A stretch of DNA of 64,000 nucleotides, from the NCBI GenBank assembly GCA_051294375.1, contig CM119269.1:20755665-20819664 (forward strand), written 5' to 3'. How positions within the stretch are numbered: position 1 is the stretch's first letter; each line of letters starts with the position of its first letter. Shown here one piece after another: positions 48,414 through 62,400 of this stretch. Source of the DNA: Paraspadella gotoi (lineage: Eukaryota; Animalia; Chaetognatha). The notes below the pieces were generated by a model, which made no database searches, was not told the DNA's origin, and saw only the letters and a list, made by a program, of their open reading frames with translations. The position numbers and the translations under genes were made by a program.

Positions 48414-50391
48414 CTCTCTCTTCTCACCTCTTCTCTCTTCTCTTTCGACAAACGAGGTATTTACAAGCTCATATTTCAGCTCGTAAGACAGACTCCGAGA
48501 GATTCGACAACTTGATCGCATTCATATTTTTTCCTAAACACATGGAAACTTCAGGATTTTTCGTGTATGCTCTCGTTGTTCCGCGCAAGTCACTTTCTCT
48601 AAACTCAGTTTTACTACAAATTTTAGCTCTTTTATATTTATATTGATTATTATATCGGTTTTTATCTGGTCAGTGAGGGTTTTACCTAGTTCTTATTTTA
48701 ATTTCTGTTTTAAATAATTTTAAAAAGTGTCTCTTTGAAATCGTTCCGTCGAGTTCGCGTTATGTCGATGTCAATAACCGCCTTTTCAATTGGCAAAGTT
48801 CTTTTGTTAAATTAGTCCGTAACACTGAGGATATTAATTTTATTATTTCTTTCCTCGATTCATTTTTACTCTTTCTTATGGTCCTCGTCGTTTGTCCCCT
48901 TTCTTTTTCTTTGCCTCTTGCGTTCTGCTTAGCCGTCTTCACTTAGTCCAGAGCATTTAAGCGTTAAATCGGCCAGAGTTATCGTTCTTAAGGCGACCCC
49001 CATCCCCTCTCCTTCCTCGTTCTCTCTCTCTCTTCTCTCATCTCTCTCTCCTGACACAATGAAAATAGCGTAAACGTTACTGTTCCGTGCATAAAAAAAA
49101 TTCACTGGTTCAATAATATTATATTTCCTTTTTATTTTTTGAAAACGTTATAGGTTTCATATTTGATATCCCAAATATCAATATGCAAAACTCTTTTTTT
49201 GATTTTTTAGATATGACTGATTATAGGGTGAAAGATGATAAATTTGTTAAAAAATTTACTTATTCATATTTATTCATTAAAAACTGTAATAAAAAAAATA
49301 AAAAAATAAAATTAGTACATAGTTAGTGTTATGTCTCAAATAAAGATGGAAAAAAAATCCATTAAAAATTCGATCGGGAAGTTGGGGTAACTAAGGCTTA
49401 CCATGGCATCCTCCACGCCGATTGTTCTCTCAAATAATTTTTTTTATTTAATACATTGAAAAGGGAAAAAAAGAAAAATTGGAAATGCAGGTTGCAGAAA
49501 GGGTAACAGATTATCTGACTTATTGACAGATAACATGACCTGTATATCTTGTGAAATGGGGCAAGTAAAGAACTAAAAATTCATCATTAAGTCAGTCAAT
49601 GAACCCTTTTCCAAATGGGGTATTACGAAAATATTTTTTTCTTAATTAAATGGATGAATAAATAATAGAATTAAATTCTTGCTATATTTAAAAAAAATTA
49701 TTAAATTACAATTTAACACATGATGTTTTGGCTTGTCAAATATGTTACCAGCTAATTAATTTTTACAACTTTATTATGAATCAACAAGCAGTGTGTCAAT
49801 CTTTTAAGTTTGCAGTTAAAGATAATGAAAATGACGATTTTTTTTTCACAGACAGAAGGGTAGAATGTCAATACTGTTTATATCAAGCTGAAAACATTTT
49901 GTATTTATCTTTTTAATATTAAATATATTTTAAATCAAAGCTACACAAATTTTTGCCTTGTTTTTTAACTTTAACTCGAAAAATATAAGCAATTTAATGG
50001 AAAAAAAAAATTTAATAATAAACAAATGTAATTCATCTTTCCTTTTCAAAATTACAAAAGAAAAAGAAAAAATTTATATGTCTTCGTGAAATTTTAAAGC
50101 AAAACTGTTATACCTTTTAACTCCGATTTAAACAAAACTGTGTAAATATTTAAGGATTAATTTTATTTGTTTGTAAATCTTTCTTTTCGTTGGTTGAATG
50201 ATTAGACAAAATAACAATTTTCATTGATTTCATTTCTTTTCCACTTCTTTATCTCAAATCTGAAACTTCAGCTTCCATCACCCTCTAATGTTGCCTTCCC
50301 TAATCCTTTGTTTGGAAGCTTATTCCCTTTTGTCTTTCCTCTCTCTCTCTCTCTCGTCTCCTTCCCTCTCTCTCTTCTCTTCTCTCTCTTC

Positions 50392-50426
<35 letters not shown>

Positions 50427-50462
50427 ATTTCTCTTTTACCAAATTTTGGTAATTCAGTCCTC

Positions 50463-50507
50463 AGCACTGATGATGAACGAATAATACACGTTCGAAACAT
50501 GTCTGCT
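50463..50507 (+). ncRNA. Minimal type I hammerhead ribozyme motif (Penelope-like element type)
   Basis: AGCA-CTGATGA-T-GAACG-AATAATACA-CGTTC-GAAA-CATG-TC-TGCT: full core, 4-bp stem I, 5-bp stem II, palindromic stem III, GUC cleavage triplet. Confidence 0.8.
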
Positions 50508-51556
50508 ATCCATTTAAAAAAAATCGTTTGAAAAACTAAAATTGTTATTATTGTCTAAGGATTTAATTTAATAAAAACTTTTTTAGAAAGGTGTCCCATG
50601 ATTAGGGCTTTAAATTTGATACAATCCCACCTTGCTTAACCTCTTTCTTCTTTCAAAAGTTATATTTAAAAAAATATTTTTTTAAAATTACGCAGTACAA
50701 ATCTTTGTAAATAAAAATTTCGGCAAAGCGGGAGTAATCTCACGTATTCTATGGTACAAGATACTTATATTTCAGAAATAAAACATTGAAGAAAATTTTT
50801 TTGTCATTTTGAGACATGATTCAACTTTTAGAAATGTACCCCATCATATAATAATTTATTTATTTAATTTCCCCATAAAAGCCCTAATTTAGAAAAGTTG
50901 AATTTTTTAAATTGTTGGAAAAAAATTTTTGTCCGGCCCTATGCTCATTGAGAATAATGGTTTTGCATAGAAATCAAAATATCAAAAAAAATAAAAAAAT
51001 TCAAGCCTCCTAACAAATCGAAAGGCTAGAAGCTGATTTTTTTGAAAATTGCAAAATTTTTTTTCCTGATCTCAATAATCCATTATTCTAAGTTTCAAAA
51101 TATTTTTTTTCCAAAAATCATTCAATCAAGTTTTTTTTATTAATTTTAAAAATGTTTTTTATATGTTGTTTTTGTTTGAAAGAATTGAAAAAAAGTGGAA
51201 AAATATAGTAATTATATAAGGTTTTTGAAAATACCCTTTAAAATAAAATAATTAGACCACAAGGGAATAAGCAGAGAAACTTTCCCATTCATAAAAAAAT
51301 TGAAAATGAATTTTGTCATATTGTTATTAGATTAATTGACTAATTAACAAACAAAATGATCAATAAAATTGAGGAACATGATGGGTAAAAATTCAACTTG
51401 GTCTCGGTTAACTATTAGGTTATCGTTAAAAGTTTTGTTTTAATAATATTAATATTTTTTTTGCATTTAAAAACAAATGTTGCTAAAATTTTGTAAGCGT
51501 TTCAGCTATATTGGCCTCTCATCTTTTTACTATTTTTGAATCTAGTAGCTTTTTTG

Positions 51557-52886
51557 GTTAGCGTTAGTTTATGCTTTTGTATTCTGCGTCTTTCGTACTT
51601 GATCTATTGTAAATATATTTTTTGACCGGTTTTCGCCGTTGACCTGTCTTCGACTACATCGGTGTCAAGACAAATCTTTTCGTCCATGTTTCGTTCAATA
51701 TTAAAAGAAAAATCTTATTAATTTATTTAATTACTATTTATTATTTATTAATTACTTCTTTGGCTATTCGATATCGAAAAAGTCAGTTACTGTCCGTATA
51801 GGAAGAAATGAATTAATGCCAAAGAAAATAATTTCACAAATTCTTATGAGAACTCTCCCCTCCACGTGATTGTCGCTGCAGAGCTCGGTCGGCGGTGGGG
51901 AAGACATCTGCGAGGACACGGACCTCAAAGGCTTCCAGCCCTGCTTCAACGGGAAAAGGTGGAGGATGGGATTTCCCAGAGGCAACTTTCTCCCGCCCAT
52001 TAGAGTCCGATTGCCCGAGCCTTGGCGGCCGGACAGATGTGCGACGGGCAAGGAGCACGAGGAGACGCTGATGCTTCAGGTTTCTTTCTCTCTGTCGTGT
52101 TCTATTTTTCTCTGCTCCCTTGTCTTTTTGTTTTTCATTCTGTCCTTTTTTTTTACTCCTGCCTCCAATTTTTTTTCGCGTCTTTAGAAAACCCTTCGTC
52201 AATTTTATTCATATCATATTTCTGCTAACATACTTTGCCTTCCCCACTTCTCTTTTCTCTCATTCCGCATTTAGCGCCCTTTTTCACTCTTCGCTCTCTG
52301 TCCTTTATCCCCAGGGTTCGTGTCCGTGTTGCGGAAACAAGATAAAGAAAGCAACTCCGATGGTGAAGTGAAGCGAGAAACTCTGTTGTTGCAACAGATC
52401 CACCCCCTCCTCTCTCTCTCTCTCTCTCTTTCACTCTCTCTCTCTCGGAATCGCGCGTGTGCTGACTTTTTTTTATTCGTGAAACGAACAAATATTTTAG
52501 TAAAACTAATTTGGCAGATTGTGCCTGCTAAATATTCTCTCGTACCCGAAATTAAATCTAAAATGGATAATCTCGTCAGTTATTTTGACTTAAGACGTTC
52601 GCGTAACGTGATCGAGTCTGTCGTCGTCTCGAGAATTATCGGGTGCGCGTTGCGTCTCTCGGATCATTCATCGACGTAAAATTATCGCTTTTTCGGCTTC
52701 TTTTTTTTGTTGTTGTTGTTGTTTTGTTTTTTTTTCCGTTTTCCATTTTACGGTAATAAAGCGGGGATTGGCGATAAAAACGTCAGGAGCTTCCAGTCGA
52801 GCCTTCCAAAGTGGGAAATTGCAAAAATGCTTTGTTGATCTCTTTCTCTCTCTCTCTCTCTCTGGTCTCTCCCTCTCTCTCTCTTC

Positions 52887-52929
<43 letters not shown>

Positions 52930-53379
52930 TCCTCTCTCTTCTCTCTCCCATATTATTTGTATTTTTTCAAACGAAACAAATAGTCTTGAGTTTTTAAACC
53001 CTATGATTCACGATTCAGTTTAAGTGCCAAACCAATCCTTCCAAAATTTAATTGTGACAAGTTTTTTTCTTCCTTTTTTTCCCCCTTTCGTCCTTCATTG
53101 CTCTTTTTTTTCTCTCTTTTCCTTCCTCCTTTTCTTTCATTTCCTCTCTCATTTTTTCTTCCTTTCCATCTCTTGCTCTTTACAATTTTTTTTCCCTCTT
53201 TTATCTCTTTATTAAACCGCGAAGCAAACTTTTATGGTTTAAGGTTTTTTTTTTTCGTCATCATCGTCCTCGTCATCCCTCACTTTCTCCTTTCTCGCGA
53301 TTCGTATTCCTCCTCTCGAATCATGAGGCGTCGCGTTTCATTTCCTTTCCTCGTCGTCGTCGTCGTCGTCGTCGTCGTC
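51557..53379 (+). repeat. Duplicate of about 43168-44985
   Basis: Collinear near-identity with small indels; ends at the N gap 53380-53404. Confidence 0.88.
51882..52362 (+). CDS. Two candidate exons of an unidentified gene (SSVGGGEDICEDTDLKGFQPCFNGKRWRMGFPRGNFLPPIRVRLPEPWRPDRCATGKEHEETLMLQ | GSCPCCGNKIKKATPM); frameshifted duplicate at about 43499-43990
   Basis: GC-rich islands bounded by CAG acceptors and GT donors, with phase-0 continuity in this copy. Confidence 0.5.
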
Positions 53380-53404
53380 NNNNNNNNNNNNNNNNNNNNN
53401 NNNN

Positions 53405-56400
53405 TACATTGAAACATTCTTTGAAATATTAACTGTTACGGTTACTTCACTCAGAAACCGCGACAGTTACAATACTACTTCATATAGGGAAGTCAGGTTC
53501 TATGGGAGGGAAAACAAACCGTTGAGAGATGATTGAAAGCTTGCAGGAAACTGCTATGTCATTCTTGTAAGAGGTGATGGAGGTCCTTAAACCACCAAAG
53601 TCAGGTAAAGATAGCTTATTTATTAAATGAATGGTAATTTTTACATTGATTGTACCAAATTTCAATAGAGAAGAAACAGATTTTCAAGTTAAGATATTTT
53701 ACACCAGACGAAATCCGGACGGATACCAAGTCCGACCGAAGTACTCGGCCGACGACGACCGACGCTGGAACCCTCGGCGCCAGTTGGCCGGACGACCGCC
53801 GTTGCCGCCGACACATCGGCCCCGGCACTGTTCCAAAAATGGATTCCGAGATCGTCCTCGCCGGAGTCTAGCGACTCTGGAGTACAACACTAGGTCCGCT
53901 GTCGGCCAGCCCTCGAGCCGACTGCAAGGAAACCTCTGAATTTAGACCCGATTACCCGGATCTTTTCTCGAGTATGGCCTCGGAAAGTACATTGACCTGT
54001 TTCAACAGCAATGAGGTTAGAAAGAAGAAGAAACGGATAAAACGTCCTTTTTCAATTTTTTACAGCAAATTCCCGGCTCTATAATTCACTTATGTCAGTC
54101 CGTCAGTCCGCCCGCCCAATCTTGTCGGGCATTCACTTATATCATTCAGAACATCGAATTTATGATAAATTATGCCAAAAAGAAATGTCCGTCCGTCCAT
54201 CTGTCTGTTCCGTCCAGTCCTTTGCCGTTAATTAATTATCTGATCACTGCTTACCGCTATTGATCGTGGGCAGATCCGGCATTTGTTGTTCAAACTGTTT
54301 TGAAATTCTTTCGAATCGTTAGTTTTAAAACCACTATAGCTTTCTTAAGAAAACCTGCTCCCTTTTTTGATCGTTACTTTTGAGTCCTTTAGATTGATTT
54401 GAACCACCTTTTTTGAATTTTGACGGAAGAAGGATCTTCGGAAGAACCTCTGGGATCTCCACGTTTTGGCGCTGCCGCGCAAGATGCTTATCGCTATCGC
54501 CGACCTCAACGCCGGACGTCAACGAACGTGCTGTGCAGGTATTAGTCCGACTCAATGCTTGCCTAACTCTATCAGTCGGCTCTAATACTCAGCTTTTGTG
54601 CATAGGTGCATACTGCAACGTTAATAGTATTATTTATATTATTATTTTTTTTTAAACATCAGGGGCCATCAGCAAACGAATATCATTCAACGGAATGATC
54701 AATGCGAACAACGTTAACACCTTACTCCACGCAAGACATTTTCTCTTCTCGACCGAGCAGTAGCGCGTTTCGACGTTTCCGCAACCCATGCGCGGTGGCG
54801 GCACGTTAGCTGCAGCAGGCTCAGTTTCGCCAATTACGATCCGGATCATGCTGCTATCTCTTCAATTGGAAACAGCAAAGGACAGCGCCCACTTGAGACA
54901 ACACCAACCAACTCCAGCCACAAACAGCATCGGTTGGAGAGGCAGAGGGCAGCTCACTGCCGCCCGCCCGATTTCCCCATCCTTCCTCTCGTCGTCTGCC
55001 CACCGATTTTCCCAAGTCTTCTCGGCAACAGAGTGTCAGGGTGAGTAACGTTCACGTGAAAAAAAAATTGCAGACGAGCCCGTAATTGCCATACTAATAC
55101 CGTTAATGAAACCCCAAAGTATGAAAATGTTCACTTCCCATCTGTTTTTAATTAGATAAAAGTTTAGCGAATATATTGTTTTTGGTTTTATAAAAATAGG
55201 ATAAATACTAATGATTTATGAAGATTGGCGTGAGAAAAATCCTAATAAAAAACAAAACCCAAAAATTTAAGAAAATGACACTGATATAAGATAAAAAAAA
55301 GCAAGTCTTCCATCCGTTCGCAGCTCCGGTGCTTTAACTCGGCCTCTTCATCCCTTGCTCGGCTCCTTTCTCTTGCGAGCCGTATTCCCGTCGACCCCGT
55401 CCTCGTCCTTACCGAGGGAACGGCGGTCAGCTCCTCGGCACCAATCGACGCGGAAGGCGGGCGCTCCGTCATCTTAACTCCCCTCTTCGTCCGCCGCCGG
55501 GTTTTGCTTCTTCGGCTTCTTGCCCTCGGCCATCAATAATGGAACACCGCCGAACAGTGAGAGAGTTTTGCTTTTGCTTGTAAATTTCATTAATTTTGAT
55601 AAGGGGAGGGAAAAATTATACAGCTTGAGAGGGTTAATTTAAGGCTGTGAGGAATAAGAGGGAAAAATCGTATCATTTTCGCGCAAGAGTAGAAACGGGA
55701 GAATGTATCGCGAGAACAAATATATAACCAGGGGCCAGGAAGGAGGAGGAACAGAAGAGGAGAGTGAGAAATTGGACGGAGAGTTAAATCCTCCTCTGAG
55801 AAGTTAGACTGAGAGAAAGAGGAAGTTCTATGTCAAAAAATATTGAGAAAGATACATCGCTGAGGAGATGAGGATAGAAACAGATCTCAGGCTTGGGGCC
55901 GTATGTTGTTGACTGTAATGTAGAGAAAATTGAAAATAATTCATGTCTTCCGCCAGCATTCCGACAGGGACTTCGCTTTTGGCCGCGCCGACCATCGCCA
56001 AACGCGCCTTCCGCCCTTGGTTCTCCTATTCGCTTCACTCACCTCCGCCTTCACCCGGAACGACGATGACAGGCGATGCCGCTCCTGTCTCCACAGGTTG
56101 GCGAGATGTTTTTCTATCAGTTTTTGAAATTGTGAACTTAGTTAGTGTGAAGTTTTTATGAATATATGCTTCTATACTAACAGTATCAATTTTTGGCGCT
56201 TCAAGTTATTAATTTAAGCTTAAATGGCATAGTTTTATTTACGAGGAATGTTCTGTGCTTCCGCTCCATTTTTTGGAATTTTGGATTTTACAATAAGAAC
56301 GGACTACGTTCGGTAAATGTCGAACGCTGCATCAATATGCTCTTGTAGTCGCAAACCAGTATATAAAATCACTTTTTGAATTCACGTCAAAAATATTTTA

Positions 56401-59400
56401 AATATCTCGGCTTTATTACTAGTATTTCCCTAGATTTAGAAATAGAAATAAGTTTTACGATTAGGACACAAAATGTAAATGATCCTCTCTTTATCCAGAG
56501 ATTTACCCTCTGGGCGCAAAAACGCGATAATCATCTCGAGTGAATGTCATCCTTCTCTTCTCATATCTTACCTCCTTCCTCCTCATCCCCCTCCTTCTTA
56601 TTCTCTTCTTCCTTTCGTTCCTCCTCTTTAACCCTTTCCCTCTGCGCCGTCATCGCCATCACAACTCACCGCGCCAGCACGCGCAGCCTCTGCTCCAGAC
56701 GCGCAGGCACGCTGCTGCCGCCAAAGGAATCTTCTTTCTCCGGCAGCTTTTCGGCCGTTGGTTTGACGACGGTCTCTTGGTAATGTGCCTCTGGTGTGAC
56801 TTTTTTAGGTGGGGTGTGTGACCTCGCGAAAGAAACTAACTAAACGGGATTCGACAATATTTTTTAAGGTCCACGCAATGACAGCTATATTGACTGCTTT
56901 GACAACGCGAACGTAAAATCCGATCGCGCGAAAGTGTGTCTCCTACAGAATATTGTTAAGAACTTATGTTCCTTATCCCCGATTTCTCTGTACATGTATC
57001 AAAACTCTATTACTTCTTAGTTAATGCCCTGTTGCCATTTTCAAAAATTAACAAGCCCCTAATTGTCTTAGTGAAATATTGACAGTAAATTTGTCCAAGC
57101 AACTCACCAAGTAGCCAAATTAGTTACGTATTTACGTTTTTTTTTTTTCGCTTAAATTTAACGGAGAGTAAAAGTTTAAGTCGCAATACGCACAATTAAT
57201 CTCAAACTTGTTGAACAAAAAGCCACTTTGCATATTCTGTACATAACTCTTACCACGTGCCTTATATCTGAAAAACAATTTTTTTGTTTTTTTTTATAAT
57301 TGTACACCGATTTTTTTTTACTCGCACATCGTTTTTTCGAGAAGGTTAAGTGCTAATATTTTTGCGACGAACAAAAAAAAATGTTTCATATTTACAATGA
57401 AAGAGAATCTCCATATCTCCATCGTCTGGCTTCATATTCTTTCTGAGTTAATGTTTAATTGTTACACGACAATCGACAAACGGCCAAAAATAATACTTAC
57501 TTAGTTTCGTTTTCCGCGATTTGCGTGAATATTTCGACAGTTACAACAGGGGTCCTGTGCTGATGGTCCTGTTCTCTGTATTACTTTTGATAATTTTGTT
57601 TTGAAGTCGGTTACGAGTATGAATATGGTAGTTGATTCTCTAAAACGTTTAATATGTTAGTCCTTTTAGTTTTGACCTGAAAAAGAGAAAATCAAAAATT
57701 CTCAACTCTCCTGGGAAAACGTATGTCGTTATCATGAACATAAGCTTTTATTTAAATAGAATAGCTTTTTTTGCTATTCTCACTAAGATTTTATTTTAAG
57801 AAATAACTTTTTCTTCAAATCTCTTATTTGATGTATAATAAACAATAAATTTTCACTAGCTCACCTAATTAATTAATTTCGTCTCCCAAAAATAGGGCTT
57901 GTATTTTTTTTCTTGACGATTGTGACCAAATCGTCTCAAATGTTATTATTTTATCGTGGTTTTAATCCTTTGTTAATCCTTTTTAGATTATGTGGCATAT
58001 TTTTTCACAATGAAACATGGAAAGAACTTACCAAAAAACCTTTTATTTTTCATGATTTCATTTAATTACGTTAAATTGATTAACTCTGTTGACCGACTTA
58101 CGTCGTATATAACTATACCTATCCAGCATCTGTTTACGTTCCATTAGAGAACCGAAAGGATAGACTCTTTCGAGTATTTGGAAAGTTGTTATTTCATAAA
58201 TTTTACGTAGTTTCGCCGCGAGTATTCCGCAACTCTGAATCATAAAGCTATCGCTTTTCGCGAAATGTGCCCCAATCTTTTTTTAATACCAAAATTTGAT
58301 TTTATAACTTTAATATTTTAAATGTAAATATATTTTATTAAAATTTAGAAATTAAATCCTTATCCGAAGCTCCTAACCTATTTTTATCCTTTAATTTTTT
58401 AACCCTAATCTCTAATTCCTAAAAATATTCCAAAAACCTCTGGTCAGCACAAGTGAAAAATATTAAATTGATTCCAAATTTGTTAAAACGGGAAAATAAG
58501 GCTTTATAAAAACACTTGGGAGTCAGTTGGTCAGTAATTTTATCCGCACTGTACCCTTAAAAATATTATAATTTAGGTAATATTTTATAAATTTATATTT
58601 ATAACCCTAAATCCATTACTCATATTGATATTCTCGCTCTTTTTCATTGACAGAGGAAAAGAAATGTATTATAAGCGACCACTAGCATTACCTTTGTTAT
58701 TAAAAAAATTTATAAATAAGAATGAACTGATTTTCCGATACAATTATAATGTCGAATCATGTATATACGTAATAAGAAAATTCTCTGTGGCGCAACATAC
58801 ATTGGAATCTTCAGTTCTTTGTTTAAACTGAATTTAGAATTTTAAAAAGTTGATATATCTTTCAAGTTATTCTGCATTTTACCCCCGAAATACTATTTCT
58901 CCAACCCTTACCGGTAACCGATTTCACAAGAAAGTGCAGAGATTCGCGAGCGAGCTAAAAATTTCCGTCTTACGCGAAAATCGTTATCATCAGTCTTCTG
59001 CGAATGCGGATTTTTTGCTCAAATTTTCTTGGCGAAGTTAAACGTATTTGTTATTCTATTTGACACAACAACAACAAACTTAAGAGATTTGATACCCAAA
59101 TCCCTTTCGTCTCCTCGCGCGTTCTATTGGATTCGTCATATAAATGTAAAATTTTAATTTTCGCCAACTGGGAAGTTTAAGCTTCTTTGAAATAATAAGA
59201 AAAGGAAAATTTCTTAAAAGAATAATGAATCTGGACAAAAATTAAATCCAAAAAAAAAAAAAAAAGAATGATTGATGCTATAACACAAATGATTGATGCA
59301 ATAACAATGAATTGATGTGTTGATGACAATTATTGATGCGATGATACTAAATTATTGATATGAGATAGGGAATCATTGATGGGGAAAACATTTAAAAATT

Positions 59401-62400
59401 CAATGACTTAATAAAACGAGATGAATGATAAAAAGGAATTTAATAAAATTGAATGAATGAATTAAATTTATTTAATTAAAATGAAGAATTAAAAAAAATT
59501 GTATTGAATAAATAAAATTTAAACAGTAAAGAACTGAATTAATCAAATTGAATGAATTTATTTAAAAAAATTGAATGAATAAATGTGAGAGAGATAGAGA
59601 TAGAAAATGAGAGAAAAATTATGGAAAAAGAAAAAAATAATGCAAAGCTGAACACGTTTTTAGACGAATCAGAAGTGGCAGTGAGCAACTAAAATTTTGT
59701 TTTATAATACTATATTTCAAATTTGTATATTACAATGAAATCATAATGTGAAAGAATTCAAACAAAAAATAAAAATCCTATCGCAGAGGAATCAAAACTC
59801 CAGAATCGAAATCGAATCAACGATATCTAGTAAAATCCACACCAGAACTCAGAATGGAACATTCTCATTGGTCAAGAGACGAATGGCACCGGCCAATGAT
59901 AGGATGGGCTTCCATCCGCCCGTGATTTTTACCCTTACTTCCGAATCCGATGGAACTGTATAGAATTTGAACCCAAGTTTGTAATTTGATCCATAAACAG
60001 AATCCATAGGAAACATAGCTTATCATCAAGATCTTTTAAAAAATAACACATAATTTTTTATCTTTTTATAAATATATATTTACAATTTCCAGTTGTAAAA
60101 AAACTTGACGACGACGTGACGCAATAGTAAACCATTATCTTACCAGGATGTGCCTAGGTCCGTCTGGCGATATAAATAAATAATTTATTCCAAAAAAATT
60201 ATTACTTATTTTAATTTGAATAATAGATTATTCAAAATTAGCTTTAATACCACTTTTAAATTACTTTTTAACCTTAAAATACCCCTAATCCAAGTCGGCG
60301 AAAGTCAAATTATGCCAAAGTGTTTTTTTCTTAAAACAAACTAATACGCATTGGGACATTCGGTTAACGTTTACATTTTAATCTTTACACATACATACTT
60401 CGCTCTCCACTTTCCTGATTACGATCTTACTTCTAGTACTTCAGGGTTTTATTAGAGTTTTTAATATTTGGCGACGCTCAATTTTGATTTTCTAATATTA
60501 TATGCCTTTCTGTCTTGCCCTCATACCAAATTGTAACATTTCGCGTAGTGAAAAGTATTGTCAAATTACGCCCGAGCGGCGAAGCAAAGACGCATATTTT
60601 TTATCGTTTTAAATTTTCCATGAAATTTTGCCCCCCCCCCCCCACCTTTCGTTTTGAGCCGTTGCCAATTAAGGTATTCAACTGTGATATTTAGACAATC
60701 ACTCGAAATTTTTATTTTTTTTTAAGCAATAATTTTTTTCGACCGATGCAATATGGAGTACATCATAGTCAAATACGATAGGTCTAGTACTTTCTTAGCG
60801 TGTTTTGTAGATGTAAAATAGTCATGTGAAAGCATTCACAGGAATCCCTTGATTGTACTTTCGAGCCACTTTAAACTGACTCACTCCCCATTTCAAGATA
60901 AAGATTAAGACTAAACTTAACTTTGTTTCTTAAGAAATTTAAAGCTGAAGTCGAGACAATAGCGTTACGTTTACTGAACACTTTTTTTAATGATTTTAGA
61001 GTAAGTCTTCTCAATCTACGCCTTAGAAAATAAGTTGAGAACTTCATTTTCACGTGTGTACTGATTAATTGAAAAAAATAATATAAATGGAAACAAAGTC
61101 AATGTAATTTTTTTTTTTTTAACTTTAAAAATATTACTAATGTAAAGCTTCATTTAGTTAAACATGGCAAACTCCTTTTGAGTCAGGCAGCAGCAGCGCC
61201 TTTGGATTGGTGTTCTTTTTCGTATAAAAATATAATATGGGTGACAGATGACAACAATCCATGTTCAGAACTCCTCGTTAAAAGGGTAGTAAGGGTGATC
61301 CTTGACCCAGTCGAGGTGGCACCCTCTGCCATCGGCACGATTCATGCCATAAGTTGTTCCATTTCTTCGGCCGTTAACTCGAAGTTTAAAAACGTCATAG
61401 TTCGAGTCGATCTAAATTGCAATAATTATGACTCCAGCACAAACTCGCTATTGAAAGTGTTGATAATTGACTAAAAATAAAAATTGTAATACAACTTACT
61501 TGAGGGTGTTACGCTCTTAGGAATAACGATGATTCCCCTCTGAATTGCGAACAACTCAAGAACCTGAGCCCGCGTTTTCTTGTGGGCGTTACCGATTTTC
61601 TGACTGACCAATCGGGTCTTCAAGCAGGACTGGATCATTGGCAGTTGCCCTGCCGTTAATAAAAATTTATACAGTTAAATGATAAATACCAAGCAGATTA
61701 GGCCGTGCAATAAAAAGCACCAGTGGCGCAGCTACATCACACCAAGGTCTGTCCGGGCTGCCCTAAGGGGCTGTAAGCCGTCACGACGATCCCATTTTTC
61801 TGCTAGAACTGAATGAGAGGCTCATTGTTAAGTAGGATGGGACGACTCGACTTGGTTTCACGGCGTCACTCGGTTTCACGGAGGAGTGGTCGAGGATTCG
61901 TGGATCTAGAAAAAGGGAGGAATCAAGAATGGGCGCGGAATATTCAAATAATAACTAAGCTTCAGGCTGTTGAAGAACGCGTTTCCCTGCCTTTGAATTA
62001 AAGTTAGATATATCCGATCGATTTGACCATGCCCGCTTTTGGGCCGTTTCTAAAAGCTGCCCACGTTTCCAAGTAATCCACGTCACTTGAAGAATCGAGT
62101 GGAAGAATTACGAAATAAAGAATTTGAAAAAAAAAATTGAATATTATAAATATAATTCTTATATTGGTTGCTGTTAGCAATTTCATAGAATTCAAACCAT
62201 AAGATTAACTAACGAGTAAAGTGTCTTGCCGTCGGCGTCGGCGGGAAATTATCGCCGCCCTCCTCATATCCTTGCGGCCAGTGATGAGCATCATATCTAC
62301 GTAGTCGAGCTGAAGCGATTTAAGGCTCTTGTTGAGGTTGACTGCGGTTTTTTTCTCTGGCTAAGGACGTGAGGATATTCAATTAAAATTGCAGCTAGTT

